From Candidatus Thorarchaeota archaeon (lineage in GTDB: Archaea > Asgardarchaeota > Thorarchaeia > Thorarchaeales > Thorarchaeaceae), in the NCBI GenBank assembly GCA_048882325.1, contig JBHLRS010000004.1:70425-134424 (forward strand): 64,000 nt of DNA, given 5' to 3'. The notes beneath the pieces are model-generated. The model made no database searches, was not told where the DNA came from, and saw only the letters and a list, made by a program, of their open reading frames with translations. The translations under genes were made by a program, and so were the position numbers. Positions 20,045-29,647 of the stretch are shown here, piece by piece (within the stretch, counting starts at the first letter, position 1; each line of letters starts with the position of its first letter).

Positions 20045-21418
20045 TTAAGTCACCTCCTTAATGTGGTTTATTGCATTCCTTGTTGCAGAAAAACCACTCA
20101 TCGCTGCAACTCCTAAACCACTTTTCTCGATGGAATAATCATATCCTGCGAGGACAGCCCCTGCGGAGTATAAGTTTCGTGCCCACTCAACACCATCATC
20201 ATCGACAGGTCTGAACTGGGGATCTAGAGTGAGACCACATGAATTGACAGGATGACCTTCTGGACTTACTGCAATTCGGTTTGTATAACGAGAGGGGACA
20301 ATCTCACTAGCAGAATGGTATGAATCTGTAACTGTCATCAACCCGAACAGAGTTTCACGAATTCCAGCATTGTCACCGCTAAGTCCTCCACCAATGAATT
20401 TGCCCGTGGAAAGAATGAACGCTTTGGCAGTAATGTCAAACGACCGTCGAGGTGTTTTTGTTTTTATACTTACAAGGCGACTCTCGGCTCTTTCATAAGA
20501 AACAGCTTCATGGCCAATAAGCAGTTTGCCACCTTTCTTTCTGAATTGATCATCTAGAGCGAGCTGCAGCCTCATTCCAGGAACCGATGGAGGAAATCCA
20601 AGTAACTCAAAAACCTCTGCTCCAATTTGATCTTCTAGACTTCGTTTGGTTTCTTGAGCTGATTTCACACCTAGGACTGGTGGAAATGCAACATGGGTAG
20701 CTCCGAGTTTGTCAACCTGAGGTTTCAATTGTCTTGCAATTTCTTCTATTGAGCTTTCATGGTCCATGTGTCTGGCTATCTCAATGGAAGAAATATTATA
20801 GGACTTACCAAAGGGCGAAACCTGCAACAGGCAATGTCCGACTTTTCGTGGTGATCCGCCAGTAGCGATTCTTTCCTCCAGATAAGTTTTCGCTGCTGTT
20901 GATGGATTGAAGTCTGCGTTTCCCAAGATTCCAGCAAAGAGAAGGACACTGTTCTCATTCTTGTGAAGACTTTCGGAGTACATTGTTTCTTGGACAAGAC
21001 AAGTTGGTTTCGTCGTTCCCAAGATTGTAATCGGGAATATGTTCGTCTTGAATTCCCCATATAATGAAGCGATTGAATCCTTCAGATTCTGTTTCAACCA
21101 AGTCATTGTTTCGTCTGTTCTGGCAACTATCTCAGAAACAACATTACTTGGATCAACGTTTTCACTGTATCCAATGATGCTGTAGGGATGGAGCGGGTAG
21201 AGGCCAGCAATTGCAGTCAATCCCTCTTCAGGTGTCATGAATGGTTCAGAAGCATCTGGCAGGTATCCAATAATGTCAATGGCTCCTGATGAATAAGCTG
21301 TAGCACTCTGACCTTTCCTGAGAATGACAGTAGAAAAGCCAGATTCGGCTGCAACAGTACCTGCAACCAGTCCAGCCATCCCTCCTCCAATCACAAGGAG
21401 GTCGCAATTCATCTCCAT
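20045..21418 (-). CDS. glpB: Anaerobic glycerol-3-phosphate dehydrogenase subunit B
   Basis: GGGMAG, SSGAID, PPSVPGMRL, STGKFIGGGL and NLYSAGAVLAGYD...SGLGVA. Confidence 0.9.
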   Translation of the reverse strand: MEMNCDLLVIGGGMAGLVAGTVAAESGFSTVILRKGQSATAYSSGAIDIIGYLPDASEPFMTPEEGLTAIAGLYPLHPYSIIGYSENVDPSNVVSEIVARTDETMTWLKQNLKDSIASLYGEFKTNIFPITILGTTKPTCLVQETMYSESLHKNENSVLLFAGILGNADFNPSTAAKTYLEERIATGGSPRKVGHCLLQVSPFGKSYNISSIEIARHMDHESSIEEIARQLKPQVDKLGATHVAFPPVLGVKSAQETKRSLEDQIGAEVFELLGFPPSVPGMRLQLALDDQFRKKGGKLLIGHEAVSYERAESRLVSIKTKTPRRSFDITAKAFILSTGKFIGGGLSGDNAGIRETLFGLMTVTDSYHSASEIVPSRYTNRIAVSPEGHPVNSCGLTLDPQFRPVDDDGVEWARNLYSAGAVLAGYDYSIEKSGLGVAAMSGFSATRNAINHIKEVT

Positions 21419-23071
21419 CTAAGAGCCCTCCTCCCATGGTTTGAGGTCATAGTCTACATCGGATTGGTCTAGGTTGGCTACGCAAGCATACATGCCCTGT
21501 GCAAGTTCTTCCTGAGCTAGCTGTTCACCCCTCATTGATGGGCGAATGCCTTTCCATCGCTCTGCTCTGAAGTCCAGAATATCGACGAGAAAGTCATCAC
21601 CCTGTAGGTCAAGCTCTTCAGCCAAAATGGAGGCGGCTTTGTAGGTGCAGAAGGTTCCCTGGCAAGGTCCAGTGCCAAGTCGAACTCGTCTACGCAGATC
21701 GTTCAGTGTCTGCGGAAATTCTTCTCTAATTGCATATCGAATCTCTGCTTCGAGAACAGGCTCGCAAGTGCAGATTGTAGTCCTCCACTCAGGATTGTCC
21801 TTTGTCATTTCTAAGATCTTGACTAGCTCGGTTCCCCGACGAGCTCGAAGACGTTCTAAAGCATGCAGACTGACTCCATACTCGATAGAGAGAGATTCGA
21901 TGTCAATATCTTTATCATTGCCAGGCAGAGGTTGCTCATGAGTTGTGCTCTTGGATTTCACACCCAGTTTCTTTGCTACAAGATCTGTGACGGTTTCAGC
22001 CATATGCCGACACAGAACTAGCTTACCTCCCGTAAAGCTAATCATCCCATTCTCATGATCTATAACCTGATATCCACGTGTCACTTTATCTTCAGGAACA
22101 TTCCAATCAGGCACGAGAGGTCTAACACCAACCATTGTCCTGATGACACGAGCTTCACGAATTGATGGTATGACAGACTCTATACTCTGAAACAGATACT
22201 CAATCTCGTCAAAAGAAGCTACTATCGTATCAGGATCCTCCCAAGTGTCCAAAGCGGTTGTTCCAAGAAGTGATGAATTCTCATGTGGAAATAGATAGAT
22301 CCATCTTCCGTCAACAGCCTTTGCAGTAACTCCAACATTCACAACTCGACGGTCTAGAATAATGTGAGCGCCTTTGTTGAGCCGAAGATTGAGTTCTGCA
22401 CCACTTCTCCTCGCAATCTTGTGTGCCCAGGGACCTGATGCATTCACAACCAGTTTTGTGCTTGCTTTCTCTGATTGTCCGGTTATTCGATTATAATATA
22501 GAACACTTTGAATTTCATTGTCTGATTTTTCGAATCCGATTACCTCGCAATACGTCTTGACCTCAGCACCGTGATTTTTCGCATCAAGAGCTTGGAGAAG
22601 ACAAAGCCGAAATGGATCAATGAAGAATTCTTCGTAGTATACACCTGCTATTACATCCGGATGAACCATTGGCTCGAGCGCTAGTGTTGCCTCAGGAGTG
22701 ATGAATACCATTTCAGGAACATCCCGTTCATCTGCATTCTCGGAGTATGCATCAATATAATCTCCATCACTAGCTGCTAGACTGAGATCTAGAATAGGAG
22801 CGATGATTGGATTCTTCATGATGATATGACGTGCGATTCTCCTGAGAAACACGACTTCCGAGGAGCATATCTTCATTATATCAGGTTCACCCCGATACTT
22901 TAGACCTGAGGAGATCATTCCTGCACATGTACCAACCGTTGCAGATGCAATATCATCACGTTCCAATAGCAATGTCTTCAGACCGCGCATCGCACAATCT
23001 CGAGCCACTGCAGTACCAGTGCTTCCACCACCAATCACCACTACATCGAACTCGGATTCAGTCATGCGCAT
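21419..23071 (-). CDS. glpA: Anaerobic glycerol-3-phosphate dehydrogenase subunit A
   Basis: GGGSTG.ARD..RG, IDPFRL, NASGPWA, GVRPL, GGKL...MAE and a C-terminal BFD-like CTCE...R.GTGPCQG..C. Confidence 0.9.
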   Translation of the reverse strand: MRMTESEFDVVVIGGGSTGTAVARDCAMRGLKTLLLERDDIASATVGTCAGMISSGLKYRGEPDIMKICSSEVVFLRRIARHIIMKNPIIAPILDLSLAASDGDYIDAYSENADERDVPEMVFITPEATLALEPMVHPDVIAGVYYEEFFIDPFRLCLLQALDAKNHGAEVKTYCEVIGFEKSDNEIQSVLYYNRITGQSEKASTKLVVNASGPWAHKIARRSGAELNLRLNKGAHIILDRRVVNVGVTAKAVDGRWIYLFPHENSSLLGTTALDTWEDPDTIVASFDEIEYLFQSIESVIPSIREARVIRTMVGVRPLVPDWNVPEDKVTRGYQVIDHENGMISFTGGKLVLCRHMAETVTDLVAKKLGVKSKSTTHEQPLPGNDKDIDIESLSIEYGVSLHALERLRARRGTELVKILEMTKDNPEWRTTICTCEPVLEAEIRYAIREEFPQTLNDLRRRVRLGTGPCQGTFCTYKAASILAEELDLQGDDFLVDILDFRAERWKGIRPSMRGEQLAQEELAQGMYACVANLDQSDVDYDLKPWEEGS

Positions 23072-23208
23072 CTTTCCTTAGTTTCTGAGACTCAGTTGAT
23101 GTATTGAACCAACGCGCAATACTAAGGTTTCGGATTGTATAAGTGGGAAAATTATAACCAAGATTACATTAAAAGGAGACACTCTGGCGTTCATCTAGTG
23201 AATACACT

Positions 23209-23457
23209 ATGCCAAACTACGATCTAGGTACGCTTGTTATCGGTAACCATGATGTGAAAAAACTCACTCAAGCCCTTGATATCCCGGATCATCGTTTTGA
23301 AGACATTGTGACCCTCGCCCGACAAGCCTGGGAGCATGAAGACACAATCAGTGAGTCAATTGAGTATATTGCACAGAATGCTAGTGGTTCCGAACTGGTT
23401 CTTGCGCTTGTATTCTTTGGTCGAATTTGGGAAGACAACCAACAAGAAGAGGAATAG
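23209..23457 (+). CDS. Small hypothetical protein
   Basis: 82-aa ORF divergent from glpA and convergent with the kinase; protein-like composition. Confidence 0.6.
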   Translation: MPNYDLGTLVIGNHDVKKLTQALDIPDHRFEDIVTLARQAWEHEDTISESIEYIAQNASGSELVLALVFFGRIWEDNQQEEE

Positions 23458-23459
23458 TA

Positions 23460-24929
23460 TCAGGAAATTGCGTCCAGTATTCGTCCAGAATATTCTATCA
23501 CGAGTTTGTTGTATATCTCGTATTGTTTCTGGTACACTTCAACATTTTCTGGAATAGGCTCGCGTCGCTCCTCAATATGAACCATATTTTCTATGGCTTC
23601 TCGATATCCTCCGTAGATTCCAGTGCCGACTGTTCCAAGCACAGCTGCACCAATCACGGTTGAATCTCTTACCTTGGGGAGAACTACGGTTTTATTCACA
23701 CAGTCAGCCATGATTTGACGCCAAAGCGGAGAATTGGCACCACCTCCAGCAATAAGGAGCTCCTTGAACTCAACATCTAACATTCCTTCCATCATTTGAA
23801 GATAGAAGGAGATAGTATACCCGTTCGCCTCCAGAATTGCTCGAGCAACATGAGCTTTAGTGTGGTTGAATCCAAGATTGTAGAGCATACCTAGGTTATA
23901 TGCCATGAATGGGAACATGAGAAGTCCATCACTACCTGGAGGAACAGAGGCCGCAGAGGCTTCGATGATTTGATACACATCTTTCTCTGTTTTCACAGCC
24001 AAAGCCATCTCCGGTTCACAGTACTGATCACGATACCACTTGTATGTGAGTCCCGTCCCTGGAGTCACACCTTCAAGAATCCACTTTCCGGGCATTGCTG
24101 AGGGATGGCAATACATGACAAAGGTCTCCTCGAGATATTCGTCCATATGTGTGATCACGAAGGTTCCTGTTCCAGTAGTAGCCTTGACAACTCCAGTTTC
24201 GATCACCCCCATCCCTAAGGCTGCGCACTGTTGATCCCCACTACCTAGAATTACAGGCGTTCCTTTTCGCAGTGATGTCGCCTTCGCGGCTGCTGAGCTG
24301 ACCTCACCAACGGTTGTTCCTGAATTCTTGATGTCTGCAAGTTTGTCAATCGGGATACCTGTTGCTTCACACAGTTCTTCAGACCACTGGAGTTTCTCAA
24401 AGTCGAATGGACCAAAACGAGCCTCACCTGGAGAACTGACCACTGCTCCACACAATCTATTGTTGATGAAAGCATCGATATGTAGCCATTTGTATGCCTT
24501 CTTGAATAGGTCTGGTCGATTCTCGCTGAACCACATCAACTTCCGGACTGCATTCCGTTGACCGATCTCCTCAGCCATGTCCTTACTCTTCTCAGTCTTT
24601 CTGGAATCAACCCACGTCACTGTAGGTGCCAAGGCATTCCCGTCTTTGTCAATAGGTGTGATTGAGTCTCTTGCAGTTGTGACAATTGCACCAACTATAG
24701 CGTCAGCCCCGTGTTTGCAACCTGCTAGTGCTCTTTGCATTGTATTAGCTGATGCACGCCAGTATGTATCTGCAAGCTGTTCATGTGTTCCAACATCCTT
24801 GGGTTTAGGTGGGTATTCTTCATACGCCTTACTGACTTCTCTTCCTTCCTCATCGACAATCACAGAACGCGTTCCAGTTGTACCAATATCAAAAACTGCA
24901 AACAGACGATCACTCATCAACGACACCAA
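23460..24929 (-). CDS. FGGY-family carbohydrate/glycerol kinase
   Basis: DIGTTGTR, WVDSR, GDQQCAALG, TGTG, RAILE and GGGANS..W.QI.AD. Confidence 0.9.
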   Translation of the reverse strand: MVSLMSDRLFAVFDIGTTGTRSVIVDEEGREVSKAYEEYPPKPKDVGTHEQLADTYWRASANTMQRALAGCKHGADAIVGAIVTTARDSITPIDKDGNALAPTVTWVDSRKTEKSKDMAEEIGQRNAVRKLMWFSENRPDLFKKAYKWLHIDAFINNRLCGAVVSSPGEARFGPFDFEKLQWSEELCEATGIPIDKLADIKNSGTTVGEVSSAAAKATSLRKGTPVILGSGDQQCAALGMGVIETGVVKATTGTGTFVITHMDEYLEETFVMYCHPSAMPGKWILEGVTPGTGLTYKWYRDQYCEPEMALAVKTEKDVYQIIEASAASVPPGSDGLLMFPFMAYNLGMLYNLGFNHTKAHVARAILEANGYTISFYLQMMEGMLDVEFKELLIAGGGANSPLWRQIMADCVNKTVVLPKVRDSTVIGAAVLGTVGTGIYGGYREAIENMVHIEERREPIPENVEVYQKQYEIYNKLVIEYSGRILDAIS

Positions 24930-25002
24930 CTAGTTGATGAACTGCACAAGGCTGCATATAGATTGTCCTACCATGAGAGTTATTTAACATAGGAACATCC
25001 GA

Positions 25003-25944
25003 TTGTCAATGGCAGACTATCCCGCTCACATTGAGATTGATTCACATGTTCATCTTGTTAGAGGGAAAAATGAGGCTCGATTTCCAGAAGCAAACACATT
25101 GTTGATTGATGATGAAATCCTCACTCTTGTGGATGCAGGTTCAAACCCCGAACAAGTCCTGTCGACTCTTAGACACCTGGGTCATAAGCCAGAAGATTTA
25201 GACCGCATAGTGTTGACGCATTATCATGCCGACCACAAGGGTCATACCATGTTCTTTCGACGCTTTTCAGATTGTGAAGTGCTGTGTCACCCACTTGCGA
25301 GAGATCCCATCGAGAGCTTTGAAGCCATGATGAAAACCATTGGGATAATTGGACCAGACACAAAAGACCAGTGGTTGGGTATGCTCCAATCAAGAATGCC
25401 ACATGTAAAGGGTGACTATATAGTTGATGACACGTTCCGAGAGGATAAACCAATAGATTGTGGAGAAATTGAACTCGTCCCTATTCATTCACCAGGTCAC
25501 ACGCACGACCACACTTGTTTTGGTATCAACGGACACGAAAAAATCCTCCTCGTTGATATAGACCTCACAGATTTTGGACCATGGTATGGAAATACTGTCA
25601 GCGATATTGAGGACTTTAAAGAGTCAATCACCAGGATTATTGATCTGCAACCAAAAATGGGAATCAGCAGTCACCTCATAAGTCCAGTGACTGATGAGAT
25701 TGGACATCAACTTGAGAGATTTTTGACATTCTTCCAGAAACGCGATGATGCAATCCTCAACTGTATTGCTGAAGGAGTTGACACTATAAAGCAGCTCGCT
25801 CAAACGCCTATTATCTACCCACGAATTCCCTATCCGGTCTACTTACTATTTGAAGAGATAATGCTTGGAAAGCATGTTGAGCGTCTTTCAAGAATGGATC
25901 TAGTTCTTATCGAGGATGGCCACCTTCAAGTATTGCGATCATAG
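25003..25944 (+). CDS. Metallo-beta-lactamase-fold hydrolase
   Basis: THYHADH, PGHT, DIDL..FGPWYG and SSH. Confidence 0.88.
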   Translation: MSMADYPAHIEIDSHVHLVRGKNEARFPEANTLLIDDEILTLVDAGSNPEQVLSTLRHLGHKPEDLDRIVLTHYHADHKGHTMFFRRFSDCEVLCHPLARDPIESFEAMMKTIGIIGPDTKDQWLGMLQSRMPHVKGDYIVDDTFREDKPIDCGEIELVPIHSPGHTHDHTCFGINGHEKILLVDIDLTDFGPWYGNTVSDIEDFKESITRIIDLQPKMGISSHLISPVTDEIGHQLERFLTFFQKRDDAILNCIAEGVDTIKQLAQTPIIYPRIPYPVYLLFEEIMLGKHVERLSRMDLVLIEDGHLQVLRS

Positions 25945-25952
25945 TCATTATG

Positions 25953-26738
25953 TTACTTATGTTTGAATTCTGCTGTTCTTTTCTCGAGAAATGCTGCTAC
26001 ACCTTCTTCTTTGTCCTCAGTGTCAAAGGTCCTACAAAATGCATCTAGCTCAAAGGCAAGATGCTCATCAATGGGTAGTTGCCATGCATTCTGTATGGAC
26101 TGCTTGATAAAATCAAGAGCAACTCCAGGCATCTGCGCCAGCCGTCGTGCGAGTTCAGATACACCAAGTCTTAATTCTTCAACGGAGTTGAAGACTTTGT
26201 TCACTAGACCAATCCTTAAAGCTTCATCAGCGGATATCAAATCGCCAGTGAATATGAGTTCTTTCGCAATCCCAAGACCGACAAGCCTTGAGAGCCGTAC
26301 AGTCCCCCCATTACCGGGAATAGTTCCGAGCTTTATTTCAGGAAGACCTAGTTTTGCATTCGAAGACGCGTAACGGATATCACATGCAAGAGCCAACTCA
26401 CATCCGCCACCCAGCGCGTATCCGTTCACAGCACAAATGACGGGTTTCTTCATCGAGATCATGTATTGCGCGATATCCCTACTCGGGTCTACAACTTCCC
26501 GAATGGTTTCTGAGTTCCGACCCACGAAATCAGTAACATCTGCTCCAGAGATGAAAGCCTTCTCTCCGTTTCCTGTTAGGATAACCACTCTGATGGATGC
26601 GTCCTCCTCTGCAAGTTTCAACAAACTCATCAGCTGTTTCTTGATTGCAATATTCAATGCATTGTATCTATCTGGTCGATTGATGGTGATAGTCGCTATT
26701 GCTTGCTCGATATCAAAAAGTACCAGATCCTCAGACAC
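25953..26738 (-). CDS. Enoyl-CoA hydratase/isomerase
   Basis: NRPD..NAL, GAD, GGGCELALACD and PE..LG.IPG.GG. GTG start at 26738 inferred from the paralog at 29535. Confidence 0.92.
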   Translation of the reverse strand: MSEDLVLFDIEQAIATITINRPDRYNALNIAIKKQLMSLLKLAEEDASIRVVILTGNGEKAFISGADVTDFVGRNSETIREVVDPSRDIAQYMISMKKPVICAVNGYALGGGCELALACDIRYASSNAKLGLPEIKLGTIPGNGGTVRLSRLVGLGIAKELIFTGDLISADEALRIGLVNKVFNSVEELRLGVSELARRLAQMPGVALDFIKQSIQNAWQLPIDEHLAFELDAFCRTFDTEDKEEGVAAFLEKRTAEFKHK

Positions 26739-26757
26739 TTTTTTCACACGTCCATTA

Positions 26758-27888
26758 TTACTGAAGCATCTTGGGAGGTGCGTAGCAATCCCCAAACTCT
26801 TGTTGAAGTTTCTTCAACTCCTCGCGCACTTTATCAAGGCCAAGTCTTTCAATGGTTTCAAAGGGGCCTTCCTTATAGTTTGAACCCAACTTCATAGCTT
26901 TGTCAATATCTTCTTTCGAAGCTATTCCAAGTTCGTATTCAATCATGGCCTCTCGTAGATATGGCACGATGATTCTGTTGACCAACCAATCTGGATCTGC
27001 ACCCTTTGGTTCGTCAAGGGTGATTTTCTTACCATCCTCATAAGCGTAGAAACCTTTACCAGCTTTCCTTCCGATTCTTCCTTCTTTCACAAACTTCTTG
27101 AGTATTTCAGGAACCTTGTAGCAGGTTCCCAATTCTCTCTCCAGTGTACTCATTGTTCCTATTGATACATCCATTCCTACAAAATCAGATAATTCTAAGG
27201 ACCCCATAGGTGTACCTAGCTTCTCTTTCATAGCTGTGTCGATCTCTTCACTGCTCGCCAAACCTTGTTCATAGATGTGTAGTACTGCTCTCGATATCTG
27301 CGCTCTGAGTCTATTGACTATAAATCCAGGACTGTCTATCGCCTTCACAGTAATCTTTCTCTGTTTCTCACCGACCTCTAAGGCAGTCTGAATGGTATCC
27401 TCATTGGTTTGTTTTCCAATAATAACCTCTAGGAGCTTCATTGCAGGGACCGGAGAGAAGTAGTGCATCCCAACTACTTTTTCGGGACGCTTAGTGACAT
27501 TACCAAGCTCAGTTATACTAAGTGATGAGGTGTTCGACGCAAGGATTGTGTGAGGTTTGGCCGCACTGTCCATCTCTTTGAAAACTTTCTTTTTGACATC
27601 CATGTTCTCGAATACAGCCTCAATGACCAAGTCCACATCGCTGACAGCTTCACTGAGATTGGTAGTTGCTTCTAACTGACTGATTAGCTTCTCTCCATCC
27701 TCTGGTGATAGTTTTCCTCTCTTAATCCCCGATTCCACGTATCCGTTAAATCTCGTCAAACCACGACCTATCGCATCATCATCGAGATCTGTCATTGTAA
27801 CATCATATCCTGATGCTCTGGATACATATGAGATACCAGCTCCCATAAGACCAGCACCAATAACAGCTATCTTCTTGACGTTCATCAA
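26758..27888 (-). CDS. 3-hydroxyacyl-CoA dehydrogenase with duplicated C-terminal domain
   Basis: GAGLMG, EAVFE, SNTSSL, HYFSP and PGFIVNR. Confidence 0.93.
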   Translation of the reverse strand: MMNVKKIAVIGAGLMGAGISYVSRASGYDVTMTDLDDDAIGRGLTRFNGYVESGIKRGKLSPEDGEKLISQLEATTNLSEAVSDVDLVIEAVFENMDVKKKVFKEMDSAAKPHTILASNTSSLSITELGNVTKRPEKVVGMHYFSPVPAMKLLEVIIGKQTNEDTIQTALEVGEKQRKITVKAIDSPGFIVNRLRAQISRAVLHIYEQGLASSEEIDTAMKEKLGTPMGSLELSDFVGMDVSIGTMSTLERELGTCYKVPEILKKFVKEGRIGRKAGKGFYAYEDGKKITLDEPKGADPDWLVNRIIVPYLREAMIEYELGIASKEDIDKAMKLGSNYKEGPFETIERLGLDKVREELKKLQQEFGDCYAPPKMLQ

Positions 27889-27891
27889 TCA

Positions 27892-28659
27892 CTACTCCTT
27901 ATTCCTGAATGCGAGTCTAGTATATGGCTTTCCCCACCGTTCATCATACAATAGTCCTTCAAGCGGAGGTCTACTTGGTCCGATGTGTCGATCTCTGACT
28001 GGAATCCCAATACAAAACGCTGTCAGCGGAGTCCATATTGGCGGAACTCCAATCCTTTCTCGAATCATCTCAGTGTATCTTGAGTCCGAACATACCAAAG
28101 CCTCATATCCGCAACCATAACCCATTGCTGATGCAACCATCCACATGTTTTGTATAGCCATTCCAGCCACCACTGAACCAAAGAGTTCATTGGGATACAA
28201 CTTTGTTGCGTCGTGCCATGCCTGACTCGCACATACAATTATGACTGTGTCACTCATTTCGGGATATCTGAAGAGCTGGCCATCACGGAGTCTAGAGAAT
28301 ACCGCAGCTCGGAATTCATCATCGATATACCAGTTCCTCCCGCTTGTGAGCTCAAAGGGGGAGTTTCCAAATACCGTCTGAGCGTTTTCGTGAGCGATGT
28401 CAGCCAGAAATTCCTTTGTGGCTTGATCATCTCTTATCACAATTAGCCGTAGCATTAACATATTCTCAGGACTTGGAGCATGTCGAGCTGCCTCCAGTAT
28501 CAACTCAATGTGTTCATCTGGGATTTTTCCGCCAGTGAATTCTCGGATTGACCTGCGTGCCCATACATGCTTCAATGCCTCAAGACCAGCTGCGATCTTT
28601 GCATCCTCTCTCTTCTCACTCCTAGAATCTGACGTCCCCTTTGTTTTGGTCGTCATCAC
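27892..28659 (-). CDS. Nitroreductase-family flavoprotein (copy 1)
   Basis: RRSIREF, APSPEN and AIQNMW...GYG. Confidence 0.88.
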   Translation of the reverse strand: MMTTKTKGTSDSRSEKREDAKIAAGLEALKHVWARRSIREFTGGKIPDEHIELILEAARHAPSPENMLMLRLIVIRDDQATKEFLADIAHENAQTVFGNSPFELTSGRNWYIDDEFRAAVFSRLRDGQLFRYPEMSDTVIIVCASQAWHDATKLYPNELFGSVVAGMAIQNMWMVASAMGYGCGYEALVCSDSRYTEMIRERIGVPPIWTPLTAFCIGIPVRDRHIGPSRPPLEGLLYDERWGKPYTRLAFRNKE

Positions 28660-28749
28660 CTCACCTCACGAAAGGTTCTATTCGATATCTGTTGTTCACT
28701 AGTATTTGCACTATTTGAATCAGTCTGACACTGAAGTCGCACCGGTAGG

Positions 28750-29535
28750 CTACTTATGCTTGAATTCCGCCTTCCGCTTCTCGAGAAAAGCAGCTACACC
28801 TTCTTCTTTGTCCTCAGTGTCAAAGGTTTCGCAGAACAAATCAAGCTCAAATGCTAGACTATCACTGAGACTCCTTTGCCATGCGCTGTTCAATGATTGT
28901 TTAGCCGCTTTGATTGCCACTCCAGGTTTTTCAACGAGCTTTGCGGCAAGCTCTCTTACACCTTCATAGAGTGCTTCAATGGAGTCAAACACTTTGTTTA
29001 CGAGACCCATCCGTAATGCTTCATCAGCCTTGATCTGGTCTCCTGTGAATACTAGTTCTTTGGCATTTCCAAGACCTATAAGTCGCGGGAGTCTAACTGT
29101 CCCCCCATATCCTGGAATGACACCCAGAAGAATCTCAGGTTGTCCGAATCTTGCATTTGCTGATGCATATCGGATGTCGCATGCCATGGCAAGCTCACAA
29201 CCACCGCCAAGAGCAAATCCGTTTACTGCTGCAATCACTGGTTTGTCAATCGATTCAATATACACACTCAGATCTTGTCCTGCTTTGGCCGCTGGACGCA
29301 CTCCTTTTGAATCCAGACCTGGGAATTGAGAGATATCAGCTCCTGCAGCAAAAGCTTTCTCTCCAGCACCTGTCAGGACAATTACTCTTACAGCATCATC
29401 TTCTTCGGCTTTCTTGAAGAACTCATTGAGAGCGGTCCTTACGACAGTGTTCAGAGCATTGTATTTATCCGGTCGGTTAATTGTGATGGTTGCGATTCCA
29501 TCACTCACCTCGTAGAGAACTACCTGTTCAGACAC
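28750..29535 (-). CDS. Enoyl-CoA hydratase/isomerase
   Basis: Crotonase motifs; close paralog of 25953-26738. Confidence 0.93.
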   Translation of the reverse strand: MSEQVVLYEVSDGIATITINRPDKYNALNTVVRTALNEFFKKAEEDDAVRVIVLTGAGEKAFAAGADISQFPGLDSKGVRPAAKAGQDLSVYIESIDKPVIAAVNGFALGGGCELAMACDIRYASANARFGQPEILLGVIPGYGGTVRLPRLIGLGNAKELVFTGDQIKADEALRMGLVNKVFDSIEALYEGVRELAAKLVEKPGVAIKAAKQSLNSAWQRSLSDSLAFELDLFCETFDTEDKEEGVAAFLEKRKAEFKHK

Positions 29536-29647
29536 AGCACTTCCTCCTGCAACTGCTCGCTTTGAATCAAAGGTGAGTAATAAGCCTTCGTGAGGATGAA
29601 ATTCGAAAAAGATATCACTTGTTCTAGCCTATGAAATTACATCGTAG

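Noticed and set aside
25953-29535. Near-identical DNA blocks in two places, suggesting a repeat or mobile element
   Set aside because: They are paralogous enoyl-CoA hydratase genes; no transposase, terminal inverted repeats or target-site duplication.
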